Shown here piece by piece: positions 10,018-18,496 of a DNA stretch of 64,000 bases. The stretch is from contig CAZYPW010000001.1 in NCBI GenBank assembly GCA_964649615.1, forward strand, positions 33,557 through 97,556, read 5' to 3'. Source of the stretch: an uncultured Gammaproteobacteria bacterium (lineage in GTDB: Bacteria; Patescibacteriota; Microgenomatia; Daviesbacterales; UBA10151). The stretch's first letter is position 1. The number at the start of each line of letters is the position of its first letter. Below the pieces are notes generated by a model. It had not been told where the DNA came from and made no database searches. It saw only the letters and a list, made by a program, of their open reading frames with translations. Made by a program: the position numbers and the translations under genes.

Positions 10018-10455
10018 CTATCTGCAATCTGCTGCTTCTTCACCAGGGAAACAAATTCGTTTACAACTTTTAGAAGATGAATCATATGAGTATCCAGGTG
10101 AACAAGAGTTTGTGGAGAAGAAGCTAAAGCCTGTAAATTTCCCAAAAACTGCAATTATGGCAAAAGCTGCTGCAAATAAAAGTATGCCGATCATGGCATG
10201 GATGATCTTTTGTTGGGCTTGTTGGACTTTTTCCTTTTGCCCTTCAGAAGTAATCCAATCAAATGCTCCCCAAAGGATCATAAAAAGAAAAAATACTGCT
10301 GCTACAGCATAGATCAGCCCTATCAAATTACTGAAAAATTTGCTTATTCCTGTTGCCCCACTTAGATTTCCTTGTGTGAAAGGATCTAATTCTGGTGGCG
10401 GTTTTATGGCACCAAATATATCTTTAAAATCTGCAGCCAGTTTCATATTAGCCAA
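10018..10455 (-). CDS. VirB2/TrbC-like pilin with Cys-rich tail
   Basis: GAFDWITSEGQKEKVQQAQQKIIHAMIG; four Cys in the C-terminal tail. Confidence 0.75.
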   Translation of the reverse strand: MANMKLAADFKDIFGAIKPPPELDPFTQGNLSGATGISKFFSNLIGLIYAVAAVFFLFMILWGAFDWITSEGQKEKVQQAQQKIIHAMIGILLFAAAFAIIAVFGKFTGFSFFSTNSCSPGYSYDSSSKSCKRICFPGEEAADCR

Positions 10456-10843
10456 TTAATCTTAACCCAGTTATACCAAACAATCTAGCAAGTAAAAATT
10501 GTAAAATCAAAAATGAGAGCATTAACAATATAAAGCCAATTAAAGAATGGATAATCATTTGTTTGGCGCTTTCAATATCTTCTTTATTTGCCCCAGCCTT
10601 CATGTATTTAAAAGCTGCTATTAGAAAATAAATCACCACCAATACTGTAGCTATTGAGAAGATAGCAGGAACCAGCCTTGTTGTCCCCTCGCCTAAAGTG
10701 GTAATATCCCTAAAACCAAAATCTTTACCCAAATCTATTGGATCTGGAGCTTGTGCAGAAGCATAAGGAGTGTAAAGTGTAAAAGTTAAAGTGTAAAGTG
10801 CTATTATAGTTTTTACTTTTAAGTTTTTACTTTTAAGTTTCAT
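10448..10843 (-). CDS. VirB2/TrbC-like pilin with repeat-encoded signal peptide
   Basis: AAFKYMKAGANKEDIESAKQMIIHSLIG; N-terminus encoded by heptamer repeats (10769-10840). Confidence 0.75.
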   Translation of the reverse strand: MKLKSKNLKVKTIIALYTLTFTLYTPYASAQAPDPIDLGKDFGFRDITTLGEGTTRLVPAIFSIATVLVVIYFLIAAFKYMKAGANKEDIESAKQMIIHSLIGFILLMLSFLILQFLLARLFGITGLRLIG

Positions 10844-11179
10844 TTAAAATGGTGTTTGCCCCCCTGTTTTGACAAAAATCTCTGTGGCAAACCTGGTGAT
10901 AAAATAAGCCAAAAAGATCACCATTAAGCCTACCAAAGCCCAGGTAATTCTGGACCTGGCTTTGGCTAAATCTTCTTTTTTGCCTCCTGCTAAGATATAT
11001 TGGTATGCTCCCCAGACCAGGTAGAAAAAAGTTAGAAAAAGCATGATATAAATGGTGATATTAACTAAAACAGATACAAAACTGCTAAGATTGATAAATT
11101 CTGGTTTTAAACCAGAAGGAGTAGGGATAGGCTGGGTTTGTCCTGGTAAGGTTAGTGCTAATAAAGATTTAAGATTCAT
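10844..11179 (-). CDS. VirB2/TrbC-like pilin
   Basis: GAYQYILAGGKKEDLAKARSRITWALVG. Confidence 0.75.
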   Translation of the reverse strand: MNLKSLLALTLPGQTQPIPTPSGLKPEFINLSSFVSVLVNITIYIMLFLTFFYLVWGAYQYILAGGKKEDLAKARSRITWALVGLMVIFLAYFITRFATEIFVKTGGQTPF

Positions 11180-11192
11180 GATTCAATTATAG

Positions 11193-11657
11193 CTTAAAGC
11201 TTAGAACGTAAAGTGTAAAGTTACAGTTTAAAACTTAAAGTTTCCTTTTCCCTTTTAAAGTAAGTAAGCTTGCTCCTAAAATATTTGCAAGTTCTTTCGT
11301 TTCTGTTAGTAAAATATTAACTTCGTTTTTATCAGTATTGGTTCCATCTCGTAATATTCCAAGCCAGTACTTAGTTTCATTAGCACTCTTAAGGGCAATA
11401 GCATAAAAATTAATGAAATCTTTCTTGCTTGATGCAGCTTGTGCCTCAATAATATTGGCTCCTATAGAGGTAGCAGCTCTTAATAGCTGATCAGATATTA
11501 CCCAGAAAATTCTTTCATTAGGTAACTTAGTCACAAATTGCACTATCCTAATGGAAAAAGTATATGCCCGGTACTTTAGTTGTTCCTTGTTATTGTTATT
11601 CACAGATTTAACTTTTTAGTTGTAGTTTTGCGCTTTAAGTTTTACGTTTTACACTTA
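11193..11657 (-). mobile_element. Putative element: four-helix-bundle gene between inverted heptamer-periodic arms
   Basis: Arms 11193-11241 and 11604-11657 are imperfect inverted repeats with the same architecture as gene-less copies elsewhere in the window. Confidence 0.55.
11235..11603 (-). CDS. Four-helix-bundle protein (23S rRNA IVS-encoded/Avd-related family)
   Basis: DQLLRAATSIGANIIEAQ...DFINFYAIALKSANETKYWL signature. Confidence 0.9.
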   Translation of the reverse strand: MNNNNKEQLKYRAYTFSIRIVQFVTKLPNERIFWVISDQLLRAATSIGANIIEAQAASSKKDFINFYAIALKSANETKYWLGILRDGTNTDKNEVNILLTETKELANILGASLLTLKGKRKL

Positions 11658-11666
11658 AATCCCTAT

Positions 11667-12815
11667 TTATTTACAGCTATCAAATCCTGGTATGCACAGT
11701 ATATCAACCCCAATAATTTTTAAAAGTAAGGTAGCAAAGATTACAAACAAAAGCCCAATGATAGCTGAGGTAAACCTATCCCTGCCACCCTCCAATCTCT
11801 CTGGGTTACCAGCAGATGAGATCATCTGAAATGCACCTACAAGCATCAGTAAAAAGGCAAATCCACCAGAGATAGCTACCAGAAATGTTAAAAGATCTTT
11901 GATAAAACTAATCGGGTTGGTGTGGATACAACCAATAGCTGTGGCAATTGCTGGATCTTCATCAGTTCCACACGGTTTTGCTCCTGCTAGGGTACATTTA
12001 CTGGGGTCGGTACAGTGAGGGGTTATAGGTGCGCCAGGAACCACAGGAGCAATAGAGGCAGAAGGGTTTGGTGTAGACGGAGTTGTGGCTGTGGCACTAA
12101 TTTGGATTGGCCAAAAACACTGATGAAGCGGAGCAAGCTTATAAATTCGCAGATTATATTTATACCCAATCTCTCTTGATAAAGTTAAGTTTGTAAAAGC
12201 ACCCTGACCTGTGCTGCCGGTCTCAGTAGAAGCCAAATCAGGATCTCTTCGGCTACTTACATTAAAATCTTGAATTTTATATTCAGTGTTAGCCAATCCT
12301 AAGAATTTGATATCAAACGGAGTATTTGGTTGAATTGTACTTGGGGGTGGAGGAGATAAACCTATTGTACATCCTCCGGTAGCCCCTATCTGGTAGGAAA
12401 TTTGCGAGCAGAAATCTTGATAGTCACCACTTGCATTAGGTTGCCAATACAATTCTCCTGTGAATTTTCCAGCTTCAATAAGAGAGTTTGTTCTAAAACC
12501 CAATTCACTCCCCCTAATAGTTAAAGAAAATTTATTACCTGAAACAGTTACAGATTGTGTATCATAATCTCCAAGATGAGCGTACCACGCACTGAAGTGT
12601 AAACTAACTGATTTACCATTTAAGAGTGCTAACGTAGCTGGATCATTGATTGTAAAATTAAAAGTTAAATCAGTTGTACCTTCTGGAAAATATTTAGGAT
12701 CATAAGTAATGTTAACAGTGGGTGCAGCGCAACTATCTGAAGCTTGCACAACTGGTATGAATGTGTTGAAGAGAGTCAAAAGACCAATAATTCCAAAGAT
12801 AAAAAGTCTGGACAT
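11667..12815 (-). CDS. Secreted-domain protein with C-terminal pilin-like hairpin
   Basis: Signal peptide; Cys-containing beta-rich region; TAIGCI...GAFQMISSAGNPERLEGGRDRFTSAIIG. Confidence 0.7.
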   Translation of the reverse strand: MSRLFIFGIIGLLTLFNTFIPVVQASDSCAAPTVNITYDPKYFPEGTTDLTFNFTINDPATLALLNGKSVSLHFSAWYAHLGDYDTQSVTVSGNKFSLTIRGSELGFRTNSLIEAGKFTGELYWQPNASGDYQDFCSQISYQIGATGGCTIGLSPPPPSTIQPNTPFDIKFLGLANTEYKIQDFNVSSRRDPDLASTETGSTGQGAFTNLTLSREIGYKYNLRIYKLAPLHQCFWPIQISATATTPSTPNPSASIAPVVPGAPITPHCTDPSKCTLAGAKPCGTDEDPAIATAIGCIHTNPISFIKDLLTFLVAISGGFAFLLMLVGAFQMISSAGNPERLEGGRDRFTSAIIGLLFVIFATLLLKIIGVDILCIPGFDSCK

Positions 12816-12884
12816 TATCCAAAGCTTAGCATAAGTAGGGCTAAAATGATATCCTTCGGCAGGCTCAGGACAGGCAATTTTGAG
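12809..12884 (+). repeat. Left copy of ~54-bp direct repeat, interrupted by a palindrome
   Basis: TGGACATTATCCAAAGCTTAGCATAAGTAGGGCTAAAATGATA[TCCTTCGGCAGGCTCAGGACAGG]CAATTTTGAG. Confidence 0.85.
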
Positions 12885-12897
12885 CTAGGTTTTGGGA

Positions 12898-13587
12898 TTA
12901 GGATTTAGTTTTATGGTTAGGCTTGATTTTTAATAACAGATTGCGCGAAAGATTCTGATAAAATTGTATGAAAGCTTTTTTATCAAAAGCAGCTTTCATT
13001 TTTGGCAGGGTTTGCATTTTATCTGCATCTGCAATTACATTTGCGAAATAAAATTCCGATAAACCAGTATCTTTTTGCTTTGCCAATTGAAAGATTTTAT
13101 TAAATGATAATTCTGTTTGTATACAAATCATATAAAGATCAATATAATCCTTAGGCTCCAGCCGTCCGAAGACTGCAAGTACCTTATTTGTCGCAATATT
13201 AATAAGTGAATCAATCCTGATGCTGTCAATGGTTTGTATCTTGCCAAAATGTTTAGGTTGTTCTTGAACAATGTCGATTTTTTGCATCCAGCCCTCTTTT
13301 TTATTCTCCAGAAAGATCTCATTATATGTTTGAGAACGGATATGAATTGTTAGTTTAGAATTTGTTTGGCTGGCAATTTCCTGCATAGTAGTACGGAGAG
13401 TAAGGGTATCAAACGGCTCCAGGCTAAAAAAATCTAAATCCTGGCTTTCACGGTGAGCGAGATAAAAAGCCGAAAGAGCAGTACCACCTGTCAGGAAAAA
13501 AGGTCTGGCAAATGGTGAGGAAAAGAATTTTAACAAAAGCGTTGTTTGATGTGGGTATAGGATCTGGTTGTTTTGTAACCTATACAT
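12898..13587 (-). CDS. AbiEii/AbiGii-family nucleotidyltransferase toxin
   Basis: FFLTGGTALSAFYLAHRESQDLDFF and KDYIDL motifs; likely start 13587 (track 13674). Confidence 0.85.
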   Translation of the reverse strand: MYRLQNNQILYPHQTTLLLKFFSSPFARPFFLTGGTALSAFYLAHRESQDLDFFSLEPFDTLTLRTTMQEIASQTNSKLTIHIRSQTYNEIFLENKKEGWMQKIDIVQEQPKHFGKIQTIDSIRIDSLINIATNKVLAVFGRLEPKDYIDLYMICIQTELSFNKIFQLAKQKDTGLSEFYFANVIADADKMQTLPKMKAAFDKKAFIQFYQNLSRNLLLKIKPNHKTKS

Positions 13588-13828
13588 GGTAGCCCCAAAC
13601 ATTAAGCGCCCGTTGCCATGCCCGTTTAATATTGATTGGTAAACGTAATTTTGGGAAGATTTTAACAATATCATTTACTGTAAGATATCTCCATATATCT
13701 TTAAATTGCGCATGGGTTAATATCCGTGCTACCAGCCAGGATTTTTCCGTAGTATTCTTGCTATGTAAAATATTTCGTACTTGTTTTTTATTAAGATCAT
13801 AATCCCAAAGAAAATATAGTTTATTCAT
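13580..13828 (-). CDS. Small partner (antitoxin-like) of the AbiEii toxin
   Basis: YFLWDYD...WLVARILTHA...W; overlaps toxin start; likely ATG 13828. Confidence 0.65.
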   Translation of the reverse strand: MNKLYFLWDYDLNKKQVRNILHSKNTTEKSWLVARILTHAQFKDIWRYLTVNDIVKIFPKLRLPINIKRAWQRALNVWGYHV

Positions 13829-13856
13829 GGTTAAATAATACCACAATTTGTCATTT

Positions 13857-13909
13857 TGGACATTATCCAAAGCTTAGCATGAGTAGGGCTAAAATGGTAC
13901 AATTTGGAG
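13857..13909 (+). repeat. Right copy of direct repeat, containing divergent promoter elements
   Basis: TGGACATTATCCAAAGCTTAGCATGAGTAGGGCTAAAATGGTACAATTTGGAG; extended -10 TGGTACAAT. Confidence 0.85.
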
Positions 13910-13912
13910 ACC

Positions 13913-15658
13913 ATGTTTCACTGCAAAATTACAATTCAAAATTCAAAATTTCTAAAAACTTTTTACTTTTTACTTGCATTTTTGACTTTTATTTTTTGCC
14001 TTTTAACTTTGCCTGTCTATGCTGATGAGCTTGAAGATATTAAAAACCAAATTAATGAGCTAAATCATGCCAGGGAATTATCTGTTTCTGCCACCAAGCC
14101 CTTGGAAGGGCAACTGGAGGGCTTACAAAGGCAGCTAGCCCAAATTCAAGCCAGTTTAGACCATATAGCTTTAACTATTGCCCAAAAGCAAAAAGAGCTG
14201 GATTTAAGGGAAGATAAACTAGCCCTGCAGCAAGCCCTTTTAGAAAAAAGAGTTAAAGCCTACTATATCCGCTCATATCTCTCAGATCCACTGGTGGTGA
14301 TTTTATCCTCATTCCAATCAGGAGATTTATTTAGGGAATTGTCTTACCGCCAGACTGTGGCCAGGGAAGATAAACAAGTCATCTCCTCCATTACCAGCCA
14401 GGTGGTGGATTTATTAAATCAAAAAGAAAAATTAGAACAAGATAAAGCTAAACTGGCTTCTTTGCAAGCAGAGGTAGACAAAAATGCGAAGTTTTTGGGA
14501 GGGGAGGTTAAAAAGGCCAAGACTTATCAGGAAGAGCTTTCCTCTAAAATTGCCCAACTTTCTGCCCGCCAGCAACAAATTATCTCTCAAAGGCAAGCCT
14601 CCTTAAACTTGCCTACCTCTTTGGGAGCAGGACCACTCTTTTGTACTGATGATAGAAAGCTGGACCCGGGATTTTCTCCAGCTTTTGCTTTTTTTACTTT
14701 TGGCATTCCTCATCGGGTGGGGATGAATCAATATGGAGCTTTGGGTAGGTCTCAAGCAGGCCAATCTGCAGAGCAGATTTTGCAGGCCTATTTCCAAGAC
14801 TTTTCCTTTGAGCAAAGGCCAAATATCAATATTTCTGTCCAAGGTTTTGGTTCTATGCCTTTGGAAACTTATTTATTAGGCATTTATGAGATGCCAGATT
14901 CCTGGCCAATAGAGGCTTTAAAAGCTCAAGCTATTGCTGCCCGCTCCTATGCCCTTTCCTACACTAACAATGGTTCTAAAGAAATTTGTACTACTCAAGC
15001 CTGCCAGGTTTATAAAGGAGGCAATAAGGGAGGGAATTGGGAAAATGCAGTCAAACAAACTGAGGGTAAAACCATGGTTTCAGGAGGTTCTGCTGTTTCT
15101 GCCTGGTATTCTTCAACTGATGGAGGATATACCTATTCATCTTCAGACGTGGGTTGGAGTTCCCGCTCTTTTACTAAAAGGGTCAGAGATACCAGTGGAG
15201 ATATATCCTCATTTGAGGATCTTTTTAGCAAAAGTTATGATAAAGATTCACCTTGTTTTTATGCAGCCCAAGGTTTTAGGCCTCAATATGCCAAGAGTGC
15301 TTGGTTGAAGAGTGAAGAAGTTTCAGATATTGCTAATGTAATCATGCTTTCCAAAAGAGATAGTTCTGTTTCATCCCATATCTATCAAACAGATAAACCA
15401 AATCCAGAGGGGACTGAGACTTGGAATGAAGATAAAGCCAAACAAGAATTAAGGAATAAAGGGGGTTCACCATTTAACAGTGTTTCAGCAGTTTCTGTGG
15501 GGGTAGATTTTTCCTCAGGACAGGTAACTTCTGTAACTGTGTCTGGAGATAGAGGGCCAGAGACCTTTAACGCTACAGAATTTAGAAACTTTTTTAACCT
15601 TAGGGCTCCAGCTAATATTCAAATTGTAGGACCGTTGTTTAATATAGAAAAAAAATAA
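13913..15658 (+). CDS. SpoIID/LytB-domain peptidoglycan hydrolase with N-terminal coiled coil
   Basis: HRVGMNQYGA, EALKAQAIAARSYA, ICTTQACQVY; coiled coil after a signal peptide. Confidence 0.85.
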   Translation: MFHCKITIQNSKFLKTFYFLLAFLTFIFCLLTLPVYADELEDIKNQINELNHARELSVSATKPLEGQLEGLQRQLAQIQASLDHIALTIAQKQKELDLREDKLALQQALLEKRVKAYYIRSYLSDPLVVILSSFQSGDLFRELSYRQTVAREDKQVISSITSQVVDLLNQKEKLEQDKAKLASLQAEVDKNAKFLGGEVKKAKTYQEELSSKIAQLSARQQQIISQRQASLNLPTSLGAGPLFCTDDRKLDPGFSPAFAFFTFGIPHRVGMNQYGALGRSQAGQSAEQILQAYFQDFSFEQRPNINISVQGFGSMPLETYLLGIYEMPDSWPIEALKAQAIAARSYALSYTNNGSKEICTTQACQVYKGGNKGGNWENAVKQTEGKTMVSGGSAVSAWYSSTDGGYTYSSSDVGWSSRSFTKRVRDTSGDISSFEDLFSKSYDKDSPCFYAAQGFRPQYAKSAWLKSEEVSDIANVIMLSKRDSSVSSHIYQTDKPNPEGTETWNEDKAKQELRNKGGSPFNSVSAVSVGVDFSSGQVTSVTVSGDRGPETFNATEFRNFFNLRAPANIQIVGPLFNIEKK

Positions 15659-15760
15659 AGTTAAAAGTCAAAAGTTAAAACTCAAAAGTGTGGTAGTTCT
15701 GCCCTGCAGAACTTTTTAATTTTAAATTGTAATTTTGAGTTTTGCATTTTGAGTTTTGAA
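15656..15760 (+). repeat. Heptamer-arm inverted element, empty copy with central hairpin
   Basis: TAAAAGT CAAAAGT TAAAACT CAAAAGT - AGTTCTGCCCTGCAGAACT - AAATTG TAATTTT GAGTTTT GCATTTT GAGTTTT. Confidence 0.75.
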
Positions 15761-15787
15761 ATCAAAAAGAGTATACTCCTTTTTGCC

Positions 15788-16339
15788 ATGTTTCCTTCTT
15801 ATGTAGAAAATCCAGAGAATTGCTCATTTGAAGGCCAGGATCCCCAAGAAAAAATACTGCTTCTTTTAAGGGCTCATCCAATAACTAATTTAAGCTGGAT
15901 TATTCCCGCGATATTACTCTTTTTCCTGCCTTTTGTGATAGGTTTAGCTTTGAGCTTTTTTTCTATTCCCCCAAATATTATTCCAGAGCCTTTTGGGCTG
16001 GTTTTTTTGCTATTTAATTTTTTACTAATCATGTCCATTGTTTTTGAAGGTTTTTTATATTGGTATTTTAATGTGTATATAGTAACTAATAAAAATATTA
16101 TTGATATAGATTTTCACTCCATTCTTTACAAAAACATTGATGTTGCCCCTCTGCGCAACATAGAAGATACCCAATCCTCTATGATAGGGATACTGCATTC
16201 TATTTTTCACTATGGCCATGTTTATATCCAAACTGCAGGAGCAGCCAGAAATATAGATTTAGTTGATGTGCCCAGACCCCATCATGTGGCTGATTTTATC
16301 TTGGATGAATCACATAAAATTTATGGAAATATCCAGTAG
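15788..16339 (+). CDS. Membrane protein with bacterial PH domain
   Basis: ILLLLRAHP, two TM segments, YIVTNKNIIDI, FHYGHVYIQTAG. Confidence 0.75.
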   Translation: MFPSYVENPENCSFEGQDPQEKILLLLRAHPITNLSWIIPAILLFFLPFVIGLALSFFSIPPNIIPEPFGLVFLLFNFLLIMSIVFEGFLYWYFNVYIVTNKNIIDIDFHSILYKNIDVAPLRNIEDTQSSMIGILHSIFHYGHVYIQTAGAARNIDLVDVPRPHHVADFILDESHKIYGNIQ

Positions 16340-16559
16340 TTTTAATTTTTTAAATTCGATGGCCTTTTTAATTGTTTTAAAGGCGTCAACTTTGCTTATT
16401 CTTGTGATATATATTATATTTGCCCTAATGATTGTCAGGCAGGTTAGTTTAATGAGCCAAACTTTAATTACCCCAGTTTCCAAAGTTGTGAAGTTAGTAG
16501 CCATATTCCATGCCTTTTTTGCAGTAAGCTTACTAGGTTTGGCATGGGCCATATTATAA
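16323..16559 (+). CDS. Small membrane protein (DUF5657-like)
   Basis: YIIFALMIVRQVSLMSQTL motif; two TM segments. Confidence 0.55.
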   Translation: MEISSSFNFLNSMAFLIVLKASTLLILVIYIIFALMIVRQVSLMSQTLITPVSKVVKLVAIFHAFFAVSLLGLAWAIL

Positions 16560-16630
16560 AGAGTTAAGAGTTATTAGTTCGGAGTTCGTAGAAAAATATC
16601 TACCTACTACGAATTAAAACGAAGCGTATT

Positions 16631-18496
16631 ATGCAATTAAAAGTAGCTCAGGTGGTAGGTTTAAATACAGATCAAAAAGCTGCCCAAGTTTTATCTATTA
16701 TTTCAGATAAGGATAATGCTTTCTTTGCCCTCTTAACCTTAGAGTGTGATGATGCTTTTACCAGGGGCAGGCAGACTTTATCTGAGCTTTCTGATTTATA
16801 TTTTGAGGGTAATTCTTCCCAAAAATTATCTGAAGTGCTAAAGGCCTTGCAGGAGAAGTTAAAAGATGTTTCAAACTTTGATTTTATATTAGCTTCTTTA
16901 TCAGGAAAAGTGCTTTACCTTTTGGGCAAAGGCAATGTAGAGGTTTATTTAAAAAGGGATGGGAAAACCTCACAGCTTTTATCAGTAGGTCCCCCCACAG
17001 ATTTGATTTCCGGTTTACTGCAGCCAGAGGACAGGGTTTTATTTGCCACTAAAAATTTAACTGCCTTTTTAGCAGATGATTTGTTATCTGCTTTAGTTCT
17101 GCCACTGGAAAGCTTTGAGGAAGAGATTTCTAATAGAATTTTGGGTGGAAGTTTTGAAGAGAATGGATTATCTGGTTTATTAATTGAAGTTAAGCAAGAT
17201 CAGGATAAAGTTAATATCCCCCAGCTCTCTGAAGAGGCTTCAGAGGCTCAAATTACTTCAGAAAGTGCCAGTAATTTACCTAAAAAAGTTAATTTGGAAA
17301 AGATTGTTCAAAATTCTAAGGGTGGGATCATCTGGGCAGTTGTTCATATTAAAAAATTTATCCCTAAAACCAATAAAGGCAGATTAATCTTAGCAGTTAT
17401 ACTAATAATAATTATTTTTGCAGGGGCCTTTTTACAATTTCAATCAAGCCAGAATAAACAAAAAGAGGAGCAGTTTAACCAGTTGTTGCAGTCAGCTAAA
17501 TCCGATTTTGAGGCAGCTAAAGGTTTGGCTTCCCTAAACCCTTCCGAGGCCAAAACAAAGCTAGATTCTGCCAAAGATAATATTAATAAAGCCTTATCTA
17601 TAAAGCCCAAAGATAGCCAAGCTTTAGAATTTAAAAATCAATTGGAGGGAGAGTCCTCCTCAATACTGCAGCAATTTACAGCCACTGGCTTTCCCTTATT
17701 CTTGGATTTAGATTTGATTAAGAAAGGCTTTAGCGCCCAAAGCATGAGTTTATCTGGAAAACAGTTATTGCTGTTAGATGCCAGCAGTAAAACTTTAGTT
17801 GCCCTAGATTTAGATAAAAAAAGCAACCAGGTTTTAGCAGGGGAAAGCCAACTGGGCCAGGCCGAAATTGCATCTTTGAATGGAAGCTTAGGTTTTGTTT
17901 ATTCTGAGGATAAGGGCATTGTCAGAATTGATTTAACCAATCAAAAAGAAGCCACTGTGGCCAAAGCAGATGAAGAGTGGGGGAAAATTGTGGATATTTC
18001 AGGTTTTGCCAGCAATGTTTATTTGCTGGATACTCTCAAAGGACAGATTTGGAAATATTTGCCTGTCCGCAATGCTTCGCAAAGCGATGCAGGCGGGTCA
18101 ACTCAGGATGGGTATTCTGATAAAAGAGAGTATTTAACTGCTCCATTTGATTTAGCAAATTCCATCAGAATGCAGATTGAATCCTCTATTTATGTCTTAC
18201 AAAGAGATGGAGCAATGTTAAGGTTTACCAGGGGGGCAAAGGACCATTTTTCCTATGGAGGTTTAGACAAAGGAGTTTTAAACCCTAAGAGTTTTTTTGT
18301 CTCCTCTGATACAGATAATTTGTATCTGCTAGATTCTGGAAATTCCAGGCTTTTAATTTTAACCAAAACTGGAGAGTATAAAGGCCAAATTAACGGGGAT
18401 AAGTTTGCTCAAGTTTCAGATTTAGTGGTAGATGAAAAAGAAAAAAAAGTCTATCTTTTGGAAGGATCAAAGATTTATACTGTGGATCTAAGGTGA
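16631..18496 (+). CDS. Membrane-anchored protein: PP2C-like N-domain, TM segment, beta-propeller C-domain
   Basis: 621 aa; central TM; repeated LYLLD/VYLLE blades. Confidence 0.6.
   Translation: MQLKVAQVVGLNTDQKAAQVLSIISDKDNAFFALLTLECDDAFTRGRQTLSELSDLYFEGNSSQKLSEVLKALQEKLKDVSNFDFILASLSGKVLYLLGKGNVEVYLKRDGKTSQLLSVGPPTDLISGLLQPEDRVLFATKNLTAFLADDLLSALVLPLESFEEEISNRILGGSFEENGLSGLLIEVKQDQDKVNIPQLSEEASEAQITSESASNLPKKVNLEKIVQNSKGGIIWAVVHIKKFIPKTNKGRLILAVILIIIIFAGAFLQFQSSQNKQKEEQFNQLLQSAKSDFEAAKGLASLNPSEAKTKLDSAKDNINKALSIKPKDSQALEFKNQLEGESSSILQQFTATGFPLFLDLDLIKKGFSAQSMSLSGKQLLLLDASSKTLVALDLDKKSNQVLAGESQLGQAEIASLNGSLGFVYSEDKGIVRIDLTNQKEATVAKADEEWGKIVDISGFASNVYLLDTLKGQIWKYLPVRNASQSDAGGSTQDGYSDKREYLTAPFDLANSIRMQIESSIYVLQRDGAMLRFTRGAKDHFSYGGLDKGVLNPKSFFVSSDTDNLYLLDSGNSRLLILTKTGEYKGQINGDKFAQVSDLVVDEKEKKVYLLEGSKIYTVDLR

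Noticed and set aside
11235-11603. Diversity-generating retroelement (Avd-like gene plus near-identical repeat pairs)
   Set aside because: No reverse transcriptase in the window, and the mismatches in the repeat pairs are not confined to adenines of one copy.
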